In this document: in pieces, positions 23,911-37,074 of the stretch
How the letters are laid out: the number at the start of each line of letters is the position of its first letter
Position numbering within the stretch: the first letter of the stretch is position 1
NCBI GenBank assembly: GCA_964247055.1
Contig: OZ176052.1
Location: 12,276,001-12,340,000, forward strand
Direction: 5' to 3'
DNA length: 64,000 nucleotides
Source: Paragordius varius
Taxonomy: Eukaryota; Animalia; Nematomorpha
The notes under the pieces: generated by a model
Seen by the model: the letters and a program-made list of their open reading frames with translations, nothing else
Told to the model about the DNA's origin: nothing
Databases searched by the model: none
Program-made: the position numbers and the translations under genes

Positions 23911-24930
23911 CTTTATCGTCTCGTTGGGTTTACCTTGAGGTATGTAATGATACGTTAAAAATATAAGGTATGCATGAATTGTTATTGCAATTAAGTGGGA
24001 AAGAGTGTATTATTGGGTTACATTATTTATTTTTATATCCTAACTTGATATCCTACAGAACATTAAGTATATAGAGTTAGTCCTATATATTTTATACCCT
24101 AAATTCTATACCATTACCTCTTAATGGTGACAAGTAGTTGTTTATTCTACTATTAGTGTATCAATGTATCATTTATCCAATGTTATAGACAAATCTGATA
24201 TGAAATGCCACTAGTTGTGGTCGTCTGCATTAGATCTATATTCGCGGTATAGGGGATGTCATTCCTGGCTAGCCCTCCTTCTTCTGGTCTCGCGTCCTTT
24301 CGTCTCCTGTCTTTATATATTTTGATCTTTTTTTCAACAAATACATTCTTGATTTTACCGCTCTACCATTTCCAGTATCCACCGACTGAGTTAACTGTCA
24401 TTGCTTACTCCCATGCGCTACATGAACAATACAATTCTCCCACATCGTAAGCGTTTTTTCCAGGGTGCATTACCCAACTTTCATTTTAGGTCTCTCGCAG
24501 TGGGTCCTAGAATTAGGCCGGAGTTGGTGTGCCATTATCTTCAGGCCAGCTAGAAGAATGGTTAATGTTATTCAAAGGATTAAAATTTTTTGGATGTGGG
24601 AGGTAAGCAGTTGTGAGCTCTTCAAAGGCGTGTGTATATCGCAAGTGATGCGTCGTATGCACCTTTTTATGAAAACTTGTATGTTTTTGGCATGTATGTG
24701 CGTGTTACGCCACGAGCATTAGTATATTACGCAAGGATAATCATGCATTTCAAGATTTTTAATTTATGTTTAAGCCCGACTTTCTTGGATTGCCATATAT
24801 CTCTGACACCGACCGACTAATTGGCAGCAAGCTTATTTTTATATTTCATAATGGTGATCACATTGGTATTATAGATGATAATGGACATCCCTTAGTTTGA
24901 TTTCACTGGGGCAGGTGAGAGAGCCTAGAC

Positions 24931-27649
24931 CAGGGGTGGCCAACGAGGTGACCGCGACAACTCAAAAAGTGACCGCCTGAAAATATTTTTTTTAAAAAAT
25001 TTTATTGATTTTTTTCGGATAGTTGGCTACTTCTGAGCGAATTTAAATTTAAAATACAAAAAAATACGGTTTAAATTAAAAAAAAACGTCTAAGAAAAGG
25101 GTGTAAAAAAATTATTTTATTAATTATAATTCATATGTTTTGGAGCATTTGCATTAAGACTTAAAATCAGTCATTGCCCTTGAATATATCAAAACTTTGA
25201 GCAAAGCTTATTCATAAATCAGCATAATCGTGAAGTTAGATTTGATTTGATACACCAAAAGTAGGTTTTTAAAACTTATATTTTAGAATGAGCCAAAAAA
25301 AGTTGTACAGATACAAGAAAGATTGGGAGCATGAATACTTTTTTATTATGATAAATGAAACATCACCTGTCTAATATGCAATAGTACTGTAGTTGCTTTG
25401 CCCAAAAAGTCAAATATTGAAAGACATTATAGATCTCTGCATCCACATTACTCCAAAAACTACCCCTTACAAACTCAAAAACGCAACATTAAAGTAAAGG
25501 AATTAAAAGAACAATTATCCGCCTCACAAAATAGCATACTTAAATACAACAAAGACTATAAAAATGCTACGATTGCTTCATTCTAGGTAGCGGAAATACT
25601 GATTCGGAACAATAAGCCATTCCAAGATGGTGAAATATTTAAAGAAGCCTTTATTAGCGCTTGTGATATTTTATTTGAAAATTTTGATAACAAAAATAAT
25701 ATTATGACAGCTATTAAAAGCATAAGCTTATCGAGAAATACCGTTATGCGCAGGGCTGAAGCTATTAGTAATAATCTTGATAAAATTTTACATGAAAATA
25801 TTAATAACTGTATTTTTTTTCCTTGCAACTCGATGAGTCCACCGATTATGTTGGAATCGCCCAATTATGCATTTTTATTCGTATGATATTTAGTGATTTA
25901 TCTGCAAAGGAGGAATTATTAACTATAATACCTCTCCACGAACGAACCAGAGGGCAGGATATTTTTGATTCTTTTTATAAATTTATCACAGATACGAAAC
26001 TTCCCATCGTAAAACTCGCATCTATAACTACTGATGGAGCTCCAGCTATGATTGGCGTTAACAACGGCTTTATCGCTTTATGTAAAAATCACAGTGCATT
26101 TCCCAAGTTCATTGATTACCATTGTATAATCCATAATCAAGTTTTATGTTCAAAAGTTTTAAAATACCATCATGTAATGAACCCCTGTTTTAAAATTGTT
26201 AACGCCATTCGAACAAAAAGCTTGTCCCGCCGCCAATTTCGAATTTTGTTAAATGAGTGCGGCGTGGAATATGGAGAACTTTTATTACATACTGATGTAA
26301 GGTGGTTGAGTCGTGCCGCATTTTTAATTAGATTTAGGCAACTTTTACCACAAATAGAAATTTTTTTAGAGAATTCTAAATTTTCATACCCTGAATTGAA
26401 AGATCAAGATTGGCTGCTTGATCTTGCATTTTTATGCGATATCACGGAAAAATTGCATAAATTAAACATCCAATTACAAGGAAAAGATAAAACAATAATG
26501 GATATGATGGGTGCTTTAAAATCTTTTAAGGAAACACTAACAGTAGTAGAAACACAATTAAAAAACCGAGATTTAAAACATTTTTTAATCTGGCAGCGGT
26601 GTCTGAAAAAATAGAGAATCTCTCTTTTGAAAAATATGCAGATGATATTGGTCTGCTTATTAATGATTTTGAAAAACGATTTTCATCTATAAATAAACTT
26701 GAAGACATCGCTATTTTTTTATCATGCCCATTTAATAATAATAATAATGTTGAATATATTGCTCAAAAACTCAGCCACTTTCTTGGTGTACCAAATTTAG
26801 CAGAGTTGGAAGAGGAATTAATAAATGTTAAATGCGATATCCATCTAAAATCATTAGGATCAGATATATATAAATTTATAAATAAAGATAAATACCCCCA
26901 TATTTGGAAAACCGCTGCATTATTCAATTCTTTTTTTAGATCCACATATTTATGTGAATCGGCTTTTTCAATTATGAATGCTATCAAAACTAAACAGAGG
27001 TCACAATTAACTAATAAACATTTAGAATCATGTTTGAGAATTGCTTTGACTTCATTTGAACCTAATTTAGATAAACTTTCTGAATTTTTTCGCAGTCGGG
27101 CGTTTTAAATATTTTTTTCTTTATTAAATATGGATGTTTATCGAGTTGTATTTTCGCTTAGGAAAAAGCCGATTTACTAAAAAATATGTGGATAGAATTA
27201 AAACTGATACAATTTTAATGTACTCTTATTTATGTTCAAATTATGGTTCTAAATTGGAATGCTATTTTTTATTTCTTTTATTTTTTGTATCATAATGTAT
27301 TCTCCCCTGTAATTTCAAATGCATTGTTTAAATTTTTATATTGTAAAATTTCATATAATAGAAATTTAATAAATAAATATTTTGAAGTGTTTTATGTTGG
27401 TTAAAAAATTAAGGTAGTTAATAACCCGTTGTCTTTTAATTAAAATTATTTTTGTATTTGGTTGATAGATAAAAAAATTACAATTTTAAAATGGTTTAAA
27501 CAAGTCACTCTAATCTGTAAAGCAGGTATATACATCATTTAAAGTGTTGATTGAGTTTTTTTGATAAATATTTCTGGGTGACCGCGAACTCTTTTTTTAA
27601 CAAAAAAGCCAAAAAAAAGCTCGCGACAAAAAAAGTGTGGCCACCCCTG
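24931..27649 (+). mobile_element. hAT Buster-type transposon, 2719 bp, present in unit A only
   Basis: TIR CAGGGGTGGCCA / TGGCCACCCCTG with a perfect TSD GCCTAGAC (24923-24930 and 27650-27657). The empty site with a single GCCTAGAC is at 40710-40717. Confidence 0.97.
25288..27108 (+). pseudogene. Buster/GTF2IRD2-like hAT transposase, disrupted
   Basis: BED finger (TCLIC...IERHY...H), LDESTD, SITTDGAPAM, HCIIH, VRWLSR and STYLCESAFS. It has three frameshifts (about 25370, 25820, 26600) and one in-frame TAG (25584-25586). Confidence 0.93.
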
Positions 27650-28248
27650 GCCTAGACCATACCGACCTGGTAAAGCTCTGCAAGTTGATGTGGAATGTGC
27701 GGTATTTTTTTGATCTTATCGAAATATCCCAATTTAGGCATTCCATGTTATCTTTTATAGAATAATAAACTAATCCATAATAAATCATACTTATAACCTT
27801 AATATAAAATAAAAAACTGTTTTTATGGCATATAACTTAGAGAGGAATTATTTTATTTCCCACAACTTTTATGTGAATACCGAAATAATATACATTGATT
27901 TCCTTGTAATAAATTATATTCAGACCCTAAATGTAATATTAATATTTTATATTTCCAGACGAAAAACGCGACAACTTTGAATGTTTGGGAAATGGATGGC
28001 TGAGCAGAGCAAATAGCTATCTCATCACATTTGACCAGAATATTATGTACAATAAAAAGCCCCTTACATATATATATTTATCATTAATTCTATTTATCCA
28101 AATGACGTTTCATTGATATGCCTATTGCATCATGTCTACGTTTAGTATTAACAATCAATGACATATTAATAATTATAAAGTACTGTATATTTTTGCAATT
28201 AATATTTTCAAATTACAATAAATAGTACAAGGATCTAATTGATCAATA

Positions 28249-31048
28249 ATGTTTATAATTTGCAAAACTTGTCAAAAACCCTATGATCAATGTAGTACTT
28301 GCTTAGTGCCATTTATGAATGAAGAAAATTCAAATTTCCAAACTTTCAATTTATCCCCAGAAAATGTTTCATCCCCTTTTCAACTGAAAACAATGAGTAC
28401 ATTTCATCCACCTTACACAACCGCCACCAATTCATCTCCAACTAACAATTATCCAGATGTTATTAATACAATTAACAATGGATCACCTAAAACGATGGTA
28501 GACACCAAAGTTCACATGGTGAATTATTTAGATTCTAAAACTGGCCTTACAAACGTCACTCCGGTATGTAAATCCTTTTCGTTGCAAAAATAAGGGATTT
28601 ATATTTCAAACGCGTAATTAAATAATATGTTAATGGGTAATATAGAAAACGATTTTCTCTGTCTTAAATATTATGGTCGGCTTTTTATGGTAAAGTTTTA
28701 TTAAAAGCAATTTTGTAGTAGTATTGTTTGTCAATATTAAACAGACCACAATAACAAATATTGGCTCACTAACTTCAATGATAAATTTTAAAATAATCCA
28801 TAATTTTAGGTATTAAATAAAATATTGGTGCATTTATTCACATATTTATTCGTAGGCTCAATAGTTTTAGCAATAGACATTTAAATAGAGATGCTCTACA
28901 AATAACTGTAAAATAAATGAACAGATTTTATTTCGTGCTTCGATAAAAAAATCCTTCAAAAATTTTAGTAGCTTCTTTAAGCATTTATCAAATACTAAGA
29001 ATCGTTGAAACTTACACGGCTAAAATTACAGAATGTAAACCGTCATTGTTTTTTTATTCAATCATATTTATATCAAAGTTTTTTAGAAAATTTACGTATG
29101 ATTTATGGGGTTAGGGTTGATAACCAAACCATCAAAAAAACAAAATTATATCCGTAAAACTACCCTAATGCTAAGAAGAAAAATAATTGGTAGAGAGAAT
29201 CCATATAATTATATACCGCTTTAATAAAGGAAACAAGAAGCAAAAATGATTTGTTAGCCGGAACGATTTAGTTATCGATTCCGCAACCCTATAAATCATA
29301 CAACGTATCTGCTAACATAAGCCCAAATTTTTAAATTTTGACGATTTACATATTCGCATTTAGCTAATACTACTAATATTACTTACCAGATACAATCGCC
29401 AATTACTTCAAATACTGCCTTTAACGAAATAATAAATGAAAGCAATTTAGATACAAAGTTATTGTCGAATACTCCAGAAATCAGTAAGTTGCAACAAGCA
29501 TTTCCCTTTCTTTCTATACAGACATTACTCGGTATGTGGCTTGATAATTATGTACAAGGTGGTAGTAATGAATCAACAAATAATTTAGCCAATAAATATC
29601 CGTACGAAAACGGAAATGGAGATGAAGAATACATAGAGAAACAAAAGGAGGAGAAACCGTCAATTATGTATAAACCGAATGACAGTTGGACAATCTACAG
29701 ACCTAGTCCATTTGAGCCTTGGCAACAGACAAAATCTGGCCCATGTATATTACAAGGAACCGCCATATCCACACAAAATAGAAAAAGTAAATTAACGTCG
29801 CTTAATTTTGAAGAGGTTTTACGCCAAGAAGCCCAAATTTGCCAACAGCTAGCGGAATATTCTCAACAAGTTTCGCAAAACTTGCAATCCATATATGAGA
29901 CATTTAATTATGAACGGTGTAGAGAGCGCAATATTGAAAAACAAATCGCCAAGAGATTGCTGAAAAAACATACAGGACTAAATGTGGATTCCCTCTCTGA
30001 TCTCACTTCAAAACCCAAAAATAAAAGTTACATAATATATACAAATATATCATTTTGTAGAAATTGTTTTCCCTTACGAAACATGAATGATAGATAAATC
30101 TTAGTGATACTTAAACTATTTTTTTGAAAGTTCGTTATTTTAAGGTAGTTATATGGGGTGAAGGTGAAATTTATTATGACTCTTACTATTTTGAAAAATT
30201 ATGATATGAATGGATAAAAGTAATAATTTATAATGATGGTTATTATTGATGATAACCGTTTAAAAATAAATTTTGTTTCCTTTAAAGAACAAAGGCCATC
30301 TAAGACCGCTGATGCCGATAAACCCAAGAATGGAAGTAAAAAAAGGGAGAAAAACGTTTCCAAAGAAGAAAAACCCAAAGTCTATGCAACCAGTAGTGAA
30401 TCCTCTTCCACCCCCTATCAAAATTGTAAGAAGGGAATTAACAAGCTTTTAACGGTTGAAAGTGAGTGTGATTTTACAGATTCATCTACATTAACACATA
30501 CCCTACCGCCACCTCTTCCCCCTCGTCAAGGTTCATTAACAAGTAAACCGCCTACATCCGCCACACCAATTAATACAACACCGCCTTTCCTTCTACCTCG
30601 TCAAGGTTTGATGATGTTTAGACCACCGCTGTCTCAGCCGAGATTTAGAGCTCCCGCCTTTTACCCATCTACTGGTCTTCAAAATCCACCACCGCCTTCA
30701 AGACCGTTGAAACCACCAATGCCGCTACCACCAAATTTTGCACAAGGGCCGTCCGCATACATTAATAACCAATTTGGGGTTCCCGCTTTTTCTCCATCTA
30801 GTAATTTTCAAAAACCACCACCGCCCCCAAGACCTTTGAAACCGCCTATGCCGCTACCATGAAACTTTGCTCCGCCGCCCTCAAACATCAATAACCCAGG
30901 ATTCGCTCAAGTCTTACCGCGTAACCGTTCACCCACCCCGAATGCAGAAACTCAAATAAATAACGAGACAAATTGTTGGAATTGTTGCAGTGCAGAACCA
31001 ACCTCAGTACCGAAAAATAGAAATAATGGCTTTGTCCCTGCCAAATAA
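28249..31048 (+). pseudogene. Orphan proline-rich protein, paralogue A (premature stop)
   Basis: Exons 28249-28563, 29390-30026 and 30288-31048 splice in phase (0 and 1). CGA to TGA at 30860-30862 truncates about 60 C-terminal codons relative to B; the truncated product could still be expressed. Confidence 0.7.
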
Positions 31049-31225
31049 ATAGGCATGGGCAAGGGAAATATTAAAAAAATAATATGGTATAACCCATTAG
31101 CTATTAATTATAAAATTATATATAAAAACTAATATAATGATTATATTGCTATGCGCAAATTAATAAATGCAAAATAAAAATAACGAAATAATAATATTTA
31201 TATGAATGAGTTAAATTAATTCTAT

Positions 31226-32449
31226 CACTGTGTGCAAAAATATTTTTAACGAAAATTTTTCTTGAGATAGCTTATGACCAGCGTATTCATTTGCCGCAAA
31301 AATTTTTATTTGTTGACAACCGAGTTTTTGAAATATTGAGAGAAAATCGAAATCGGGCAAAAAGTGAAAATTAAGGATAATTAAGGATAATTCAAAAAAT
31401 AATGATAAAATCTGAAATATTATCGTTTATTATCGTTTTAGGAGATATTTCCAATATATAAATAGCCTAAAATCCTATAATTATGGTTTCTATAAAATTT
31501 CCGGTCAAAAGATGGCGTTTTTCTTTTATCACACCTAAAAGACAAAAAAAATTCAATGAAACCATATTAAAATAATTAAGTTAATTATTACTACCTATGA
31601 TTTACTATTAAAATCTTAACATTCATATTTTATTCAGTAAAATAAACTTCTAAATCAAAATAAAACCAAAAATATTGTTTTTTATTTTTACATTTTTTTG
31701 TCATCTGGTTTATGAGTATATAAAAATTTATACTGTTTTATTTTTTTTATATAATTACGAATTTTTATGTATATAATTTATGCAAAACAGAAGTTAAAAG
31801 TAGTGGAATAACAACCAACAATCCTTACAATTTCCTGTAACAATTCTGTTTTATGACAAATTAATATTTGTATTGGGATTTGTACGGATTGTTGGTTGTA
31901 TTCCACTAATTTTCAATCAATAAATTATATACATAATATTTTCCACTCATGTTAGAATCCAAAATATAACAGTATAAACTTTTTATACACTCATAAATCA
32001 GATGACAAAAAAATGCAAAAATAAAAAACAATATTTTTGGTTTTATTTTGTTATTATAGAAGTTTATCTTCCTGAATAAAGTATGAATGTTAAGACTTTA
32101 ATAGTGAGTTTAGGTAGTAAATAATTAAAAAAAAATATTTTAATATAGTTTTGTTATTTTTTTTGTCTTACAAGTGTGATAAAAGAAAAACGCCATCTTT
32201 TGACCTGAAATTTTATAGAAACCCTAACTATATGATTTTAGACTATTTATATATTGAAAATATCTCCTAAAATTATAATAAACGATAATATTTGAGATTT
32301 TATCATTATTTTTTGAATTATCCTTAATTATCCTTAATTTTCACTTTTTGCCCGATTTCAATTTTCTCTCAATATTTTAAAAACTAGGTTGTCAACAAAT
32401 AAAAATTTTTGCGGCAAATTAAAATGACCCTCTTTTTTTGCACACAGTG
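31226..32449. mobile_element. 1.2-kb foldback/MITE with CACTG termini and a 3-bp TSD (CACTA/EnSpm-like)
   Basis: TAT|CACTGTGTGCAAAAA ... TTTTTGCACACAGTG|TAT. Almost the whole interior is an inverted repeat centred near 31850-31870. Confidence 0.85.
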
Positions 32450-33879
32450 TATTACAACATTCAACTAAGATGTGTTAAGCTGAATTACGCTATGTTGCAA
32501 ATAAATTTGAAACATAATATTATTTCAGATTAAACATCAAATTTCACCCAAATAACATTACTTAAGAAGGTATTGTTTTAAACGTGATGGTAATAATTGC
32601 CTGAAATAAAAGTTGAGATGTATAAATAATAAATCCAGAATTTATGAATACAAAACCTTTGATGATAATATTAAATTAATATATTAAAATAATACAAATC
32701 AGAAATGTTTTCATCCAACACATTTTATTTTAGAATTTTTTAAATAAAATTTTCTTTTAAATCGGATAAATGTCATTTACACAACAGGGCTTTGGGAGCT
32801 TATAGGTTAACAAAACCCAACTCATTGAATTAGGAAAATTTTGATTCATACGCATCATACAATCAATAAAAATTTACCATCTAATATTACGTTTTGTAAT
32901 TATAACACTGTGCGACAAAAATGATGTTAATTTAAAAGCCATATGCTTCAGAATAATGAATCAAAAATAAATGCAGTACACAATCAAGAGAAAAAGCCAC
33001 TTAATTTTAATGCTATTTAAAATAAAAAATCGCATTCTACAAATTAAATACAACCGAAAAAACGCTTCAACTAAATTTTTTATTATGTATGGGGTTGTGC
33101 TTAACAAGTCATGATCGAGTCATGATCCAGGGTCAGTGACTATTTATTTTTGAGCATGGTCATTTAAAACAGCAGCTGTTTTTAGAAAAAGTGCTATTAA
33201 ATATTTTTTCGTAAGCTTTTATTATTTTTGAATATATTTTTTACAAAATATTTAAATATTTAAATATACAAAATAATCGATATTTGAATGTCTTTATTTA
33301 ACAATATATTTTATTGAAAAATATGCATCCTTATAACATTAGTATTAAGCATATATCCTAGAGATTTTGAAAAAAAAATCATGCACAGTGAAAAATAGGT
33401 AAATACTCCATATTGACCAATAAAATAAACACATAAGAGTCATTACAACTTCTAGAGTGGAAATAAAATTAAAAAGAATTAGAGACGCGCAGAGCAAATA
33501 TATTGTGCAATATGATCTGACCTTATCTTATATGACATCGAATTTAAAAATTTTTATGGAAATTTTATCGTTTTTTGGTTTGAAACATCAGTTGGATTGA
33601 TAATTAAAGCATATTTAAAATATTAAATAGCTCATAATTTGTGTAAGATATCAATACATTTGTTTATCTTTTAGAATATTTCTGGCCAGATATTTTTAAA
33701 ATCATTTACTATCAATACAGTAAAGATGTCATCATGTTTTAGGAAAATGATGTCGAAGATTTTATTTCGTAGAAATAATTAACCATCGATCATAAATATA
33801 TGCATTTATATTTTAAAAACCACGAAAACTACCATTTATTGCATAACAAATAATCGCATAGTCTGATAATATGTATAAG

Positions 33880-33911
<32 letters not shown>

Positions 33912-34106
33912 CATAGTATATATTTTGTATATCTTCGTGCTTCCGGAAATTTCTCATGCTTTTAAGAGCATGACATTCAATTGGCTTCGTTTGATATCAT
34001 TGCTCCCGTTGACCCATCGGAGAATAAACCTTGTTATAATATATGATATAACAGCATCATAACAAATGTTTTGTGTTGCATGATTTAACAAAAAGGAAGT
34101 CGTTTA

Positions 34107-35844
34107 TCAAAGAAGCACAATTTTACTCCTACCATCTTCTGCACATTGGTCACGAAATTCTAAATATTTATTGAAGACCACATAGGATTTAACTTTGCGC
34201 ACTTCTCAGCTTGTTCTATTTTTGACCTTCTTATCGTCAAATAGAAACCATTTATAACGTAAACAATACGCGACATAATGACCTATATTAGACGATCTTC
34301 CTTAGACAATTAAATTGGCTCTATATACAGAGCCCATGCTGGATGTTTTTTAAATCATTTTCAACGGATTTATTAACTTTCTTGCTTTTGATGTCAAACC
34401 TTTGTAAATGAGTAATGTGTATCGTCAATTTTCAAACAAATCCGTTTGTCTGGTGACAGTTCCCACATTGGAGCAACTATATTTAGATAAAATATATTAC
34501 TAGCAGCTAAAATCTTCCAATAGTTCTGGTTCAAAATAGGAAGTTAAGCAATCTGAAACGGATATTTGTTGCCAATCGGTAGACTTTTAACCCAATACTT
34601 TCCTCTAATTTGTATGACACGTTATCGCAATAACAGCATTTCACTAATAATTAATAATCTTTTACTTGTTAATTTAAAGGTAGTGTTACCTAATTTTTTA
34701 AGGGAATAATTCTTCTCAAAAAGGGAGTTTATTAAATTGAGTAAAACCTCATGGCCTCCATGGCACTTTTATTTATTTTATGGTTCCAATCTATATATTA
34801 AAAAACAAATTTACAGTTTATTGGCTTCAACAGATCGGGAACATCGACATCTTGATATTCGTGACCATTGAATATGTTTTTGAGAAATGTTTCTAATTGA
34901 TTTTTCGATTTGATCACATCTAGGAAATGGGATGAAGTATAGGGCTTGTATTATACTGTTGGTATAACATGTATTGGCTTATTGACGATTCCTATCGGTT
35001 TTTTCTCTTTTATAGCTATACTACTGGGTTGATCTCCGCATTCTTTAAAATCACCAAGATATTCTTCACCCTTAGCTTGATATGCGTTATCTATTGTTTC
35101 TAAATTAATATATACATTCGCCTCCTTTTTATTAACACTGTTGAAGAAAGACAGGGCCTCGTCTTTTTCAACGCCAAAATCTAGTTTTGTATATTCGTAC
35201 TCGTTTTCCAATATATTTGCATTTATAGGCTTGAGGGGGCTTGTCATTTTCATAACTGTGTAACAAAGGCAGGATTTCGTCTTTTTTAACGTCTAATTTG
35301 GTATTTTAAGGCTCGTTTTCTAATGCATTTTCATTTTTATATTTTGCTAATGGACAGTGGTGAATTTGAGCTGATTTATTTCTCTAAATTATTTTTCTTT
35401 TTCCTGCAAAAATTTGCAGAGTCGTTTTAATTTTTGAATTTTAGAAACTTTTTTCTCGTATCTCCTATTCCTTTTGAATAATATCGTTATCATTTCCGCT
35501 ATCTATGTAAGTATTAGAAAATTATAATATTAGATTAAACCAAATACAGTTAATGTTATTAAAAATACTTCTCATCATTTTTGATGATTTTATTCTTGTA
35601 TTATCATCATTGGTTAACGGCTGTGTTGATGAATTAGTATATTGTGGGGTTTTGACTATCCTCTTCTTTTTGCAACCTAAAGATAGAAAAAAGTTAGATA
35701 TAAATGAAAAAAAAGATTTAGACTTCTATGGTGACTTCTCGTGTTGGTTGTTGGGTTTCCTTTGTCGGTGAACCTAGAATTTTCAAACATTTATCAAAAA
35801 GTAGGAAGTTTTGTGGGAGCGTTTTTAATAAGCCTATTAGGCAT
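34107..35844 (-). pseudogene. USP paralogue B, pseudogene
   Basis: A 1-nt deletion just before the catalytic Cys codon gives GIVNKPIHVIPTV*. Further indels fall in the catalytic domain, including a deletion before the His box. Confidence 0.9.
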
Positions 35845-37074
35845 GGTTAAGAGTTTTTAGAATCACATATTACTTTTTTATTTGATCAATGTAGCCATGA
35901 TTATATTATAATGGTTTCAACTTATGAAAATGAGTTATACTTTGACTTAACCGTTAAATGTGTTAAATTATGCGTTAAAATATACGTTTTTATTAATTTC
36001 ATGACCATAAAAGAAAGTCTTTAATTTTAGGCGCTTTAAACACATCCATCAATATTATCTGTTGAAACTAAAACTTTTTTAACGTATATTGATTGGGAAC
36101 GTATCTAAAAAGATGTTCAAAACCCTAAAAAATTGAATAACCTGTATTTTAGTAATTTTTTCCCAGTATAAAATGATTTGAAAGAATAATATTGAATGGA
36201 TCCCAGTGAGAGGCTTTGAATCAATTTTCTGGAAAACGTGGAGGCCAATTTAAATATAAGTGGAATTTTTCTCATTATTGCGCCGATATCCAAGCTTTTT
36301 AAATTAGCCCCTGAATTTAGGCCCAAAGGTGTCATAAAAAAATTCCCAATATATCGCGTCTTTGGACGATTTTTAAAAATCGTGCAGGCTTTTTTCATCT
36401 TTAACGAAACCTAGTAGGCTCATTCTTTTTGCTCGCGTATTTAGCCATTCTTCCCCCGTAAGTCATTATTAATATTAAGTCCCAATATTTTACATTAAAA
36501 GCCAACAACATGTAAGGTCGAAATAATTTTGCCAAGGAAGACGCGTACTTTGGAGGAATGCTATTATGTTCAATATGATTAAATATGGTCTGATCTATTG
36601 TGTTGCAAACGCTTCTATTGATTACCTCTTATATAAATTTAGCTTTTTTGTCCAGAAAATATTAACGTGGTTATACCGATAAACCTAACTATATGCCCAA
36701 GATTATGGTTAAAACTTGTTTTAATATTTATTATCAAAAACAAACCGTTATTGATTGCAAAAATCTTTTTACTGAATGGAATGTTTCGAAATACTGGATA
36801 ATCGTATAGATTGACTGGAAAAATGTTTCGATTAGGAAAACATTTTCATTCACTGAAAATGTTTTTTAGACTGGGCTGTGGTATATTTTTTAAATTTCTT
36901 ATTGTTATATTTTGCAATTATGTATTTTTTAATAGAATACATTAAATGTTATATATTCTGTAAAATTTTCATTAAACCCGTTTGTTTTAAAGATGTATAG
37001 GTCTTAGAAGTTTCTCTCTGACATCTTTAATAAAGTTGGTAAATTTAAAATTTTAATAAATTAATTCTCTAGAT

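Larger units (their letters stand above)
16950..33100 (+). repeat. Segmental duplication unit A (USP minus strand, TE spacer, orphan gene plus strand, foldback)
   Basis: Colinear with about 33480-46310 along its length, apart from the 2.7-kb hAT insertion at 24931-27649. Boundaries are approximate. Confidence 0.9.

Noticed and set aside
24100-24840. Short ORFs conserved between A and B (24256-24450 and 40203-40397)
   Set aside because: No recognisable motif on either strand, and B has a deletion of about 150 bp across neighbouring ORFs. Probably an old repeat; left unassigned.
31226-31260. RAG/RSS-like or Transib signal (CACTGTG/CACAGTG heptamer)
   Set aside because: There is no nonamer at 12 or 23 spacing, the TSD is 3 bp rather than 5 bp, and no RAG or Transib coding sequence is seen.
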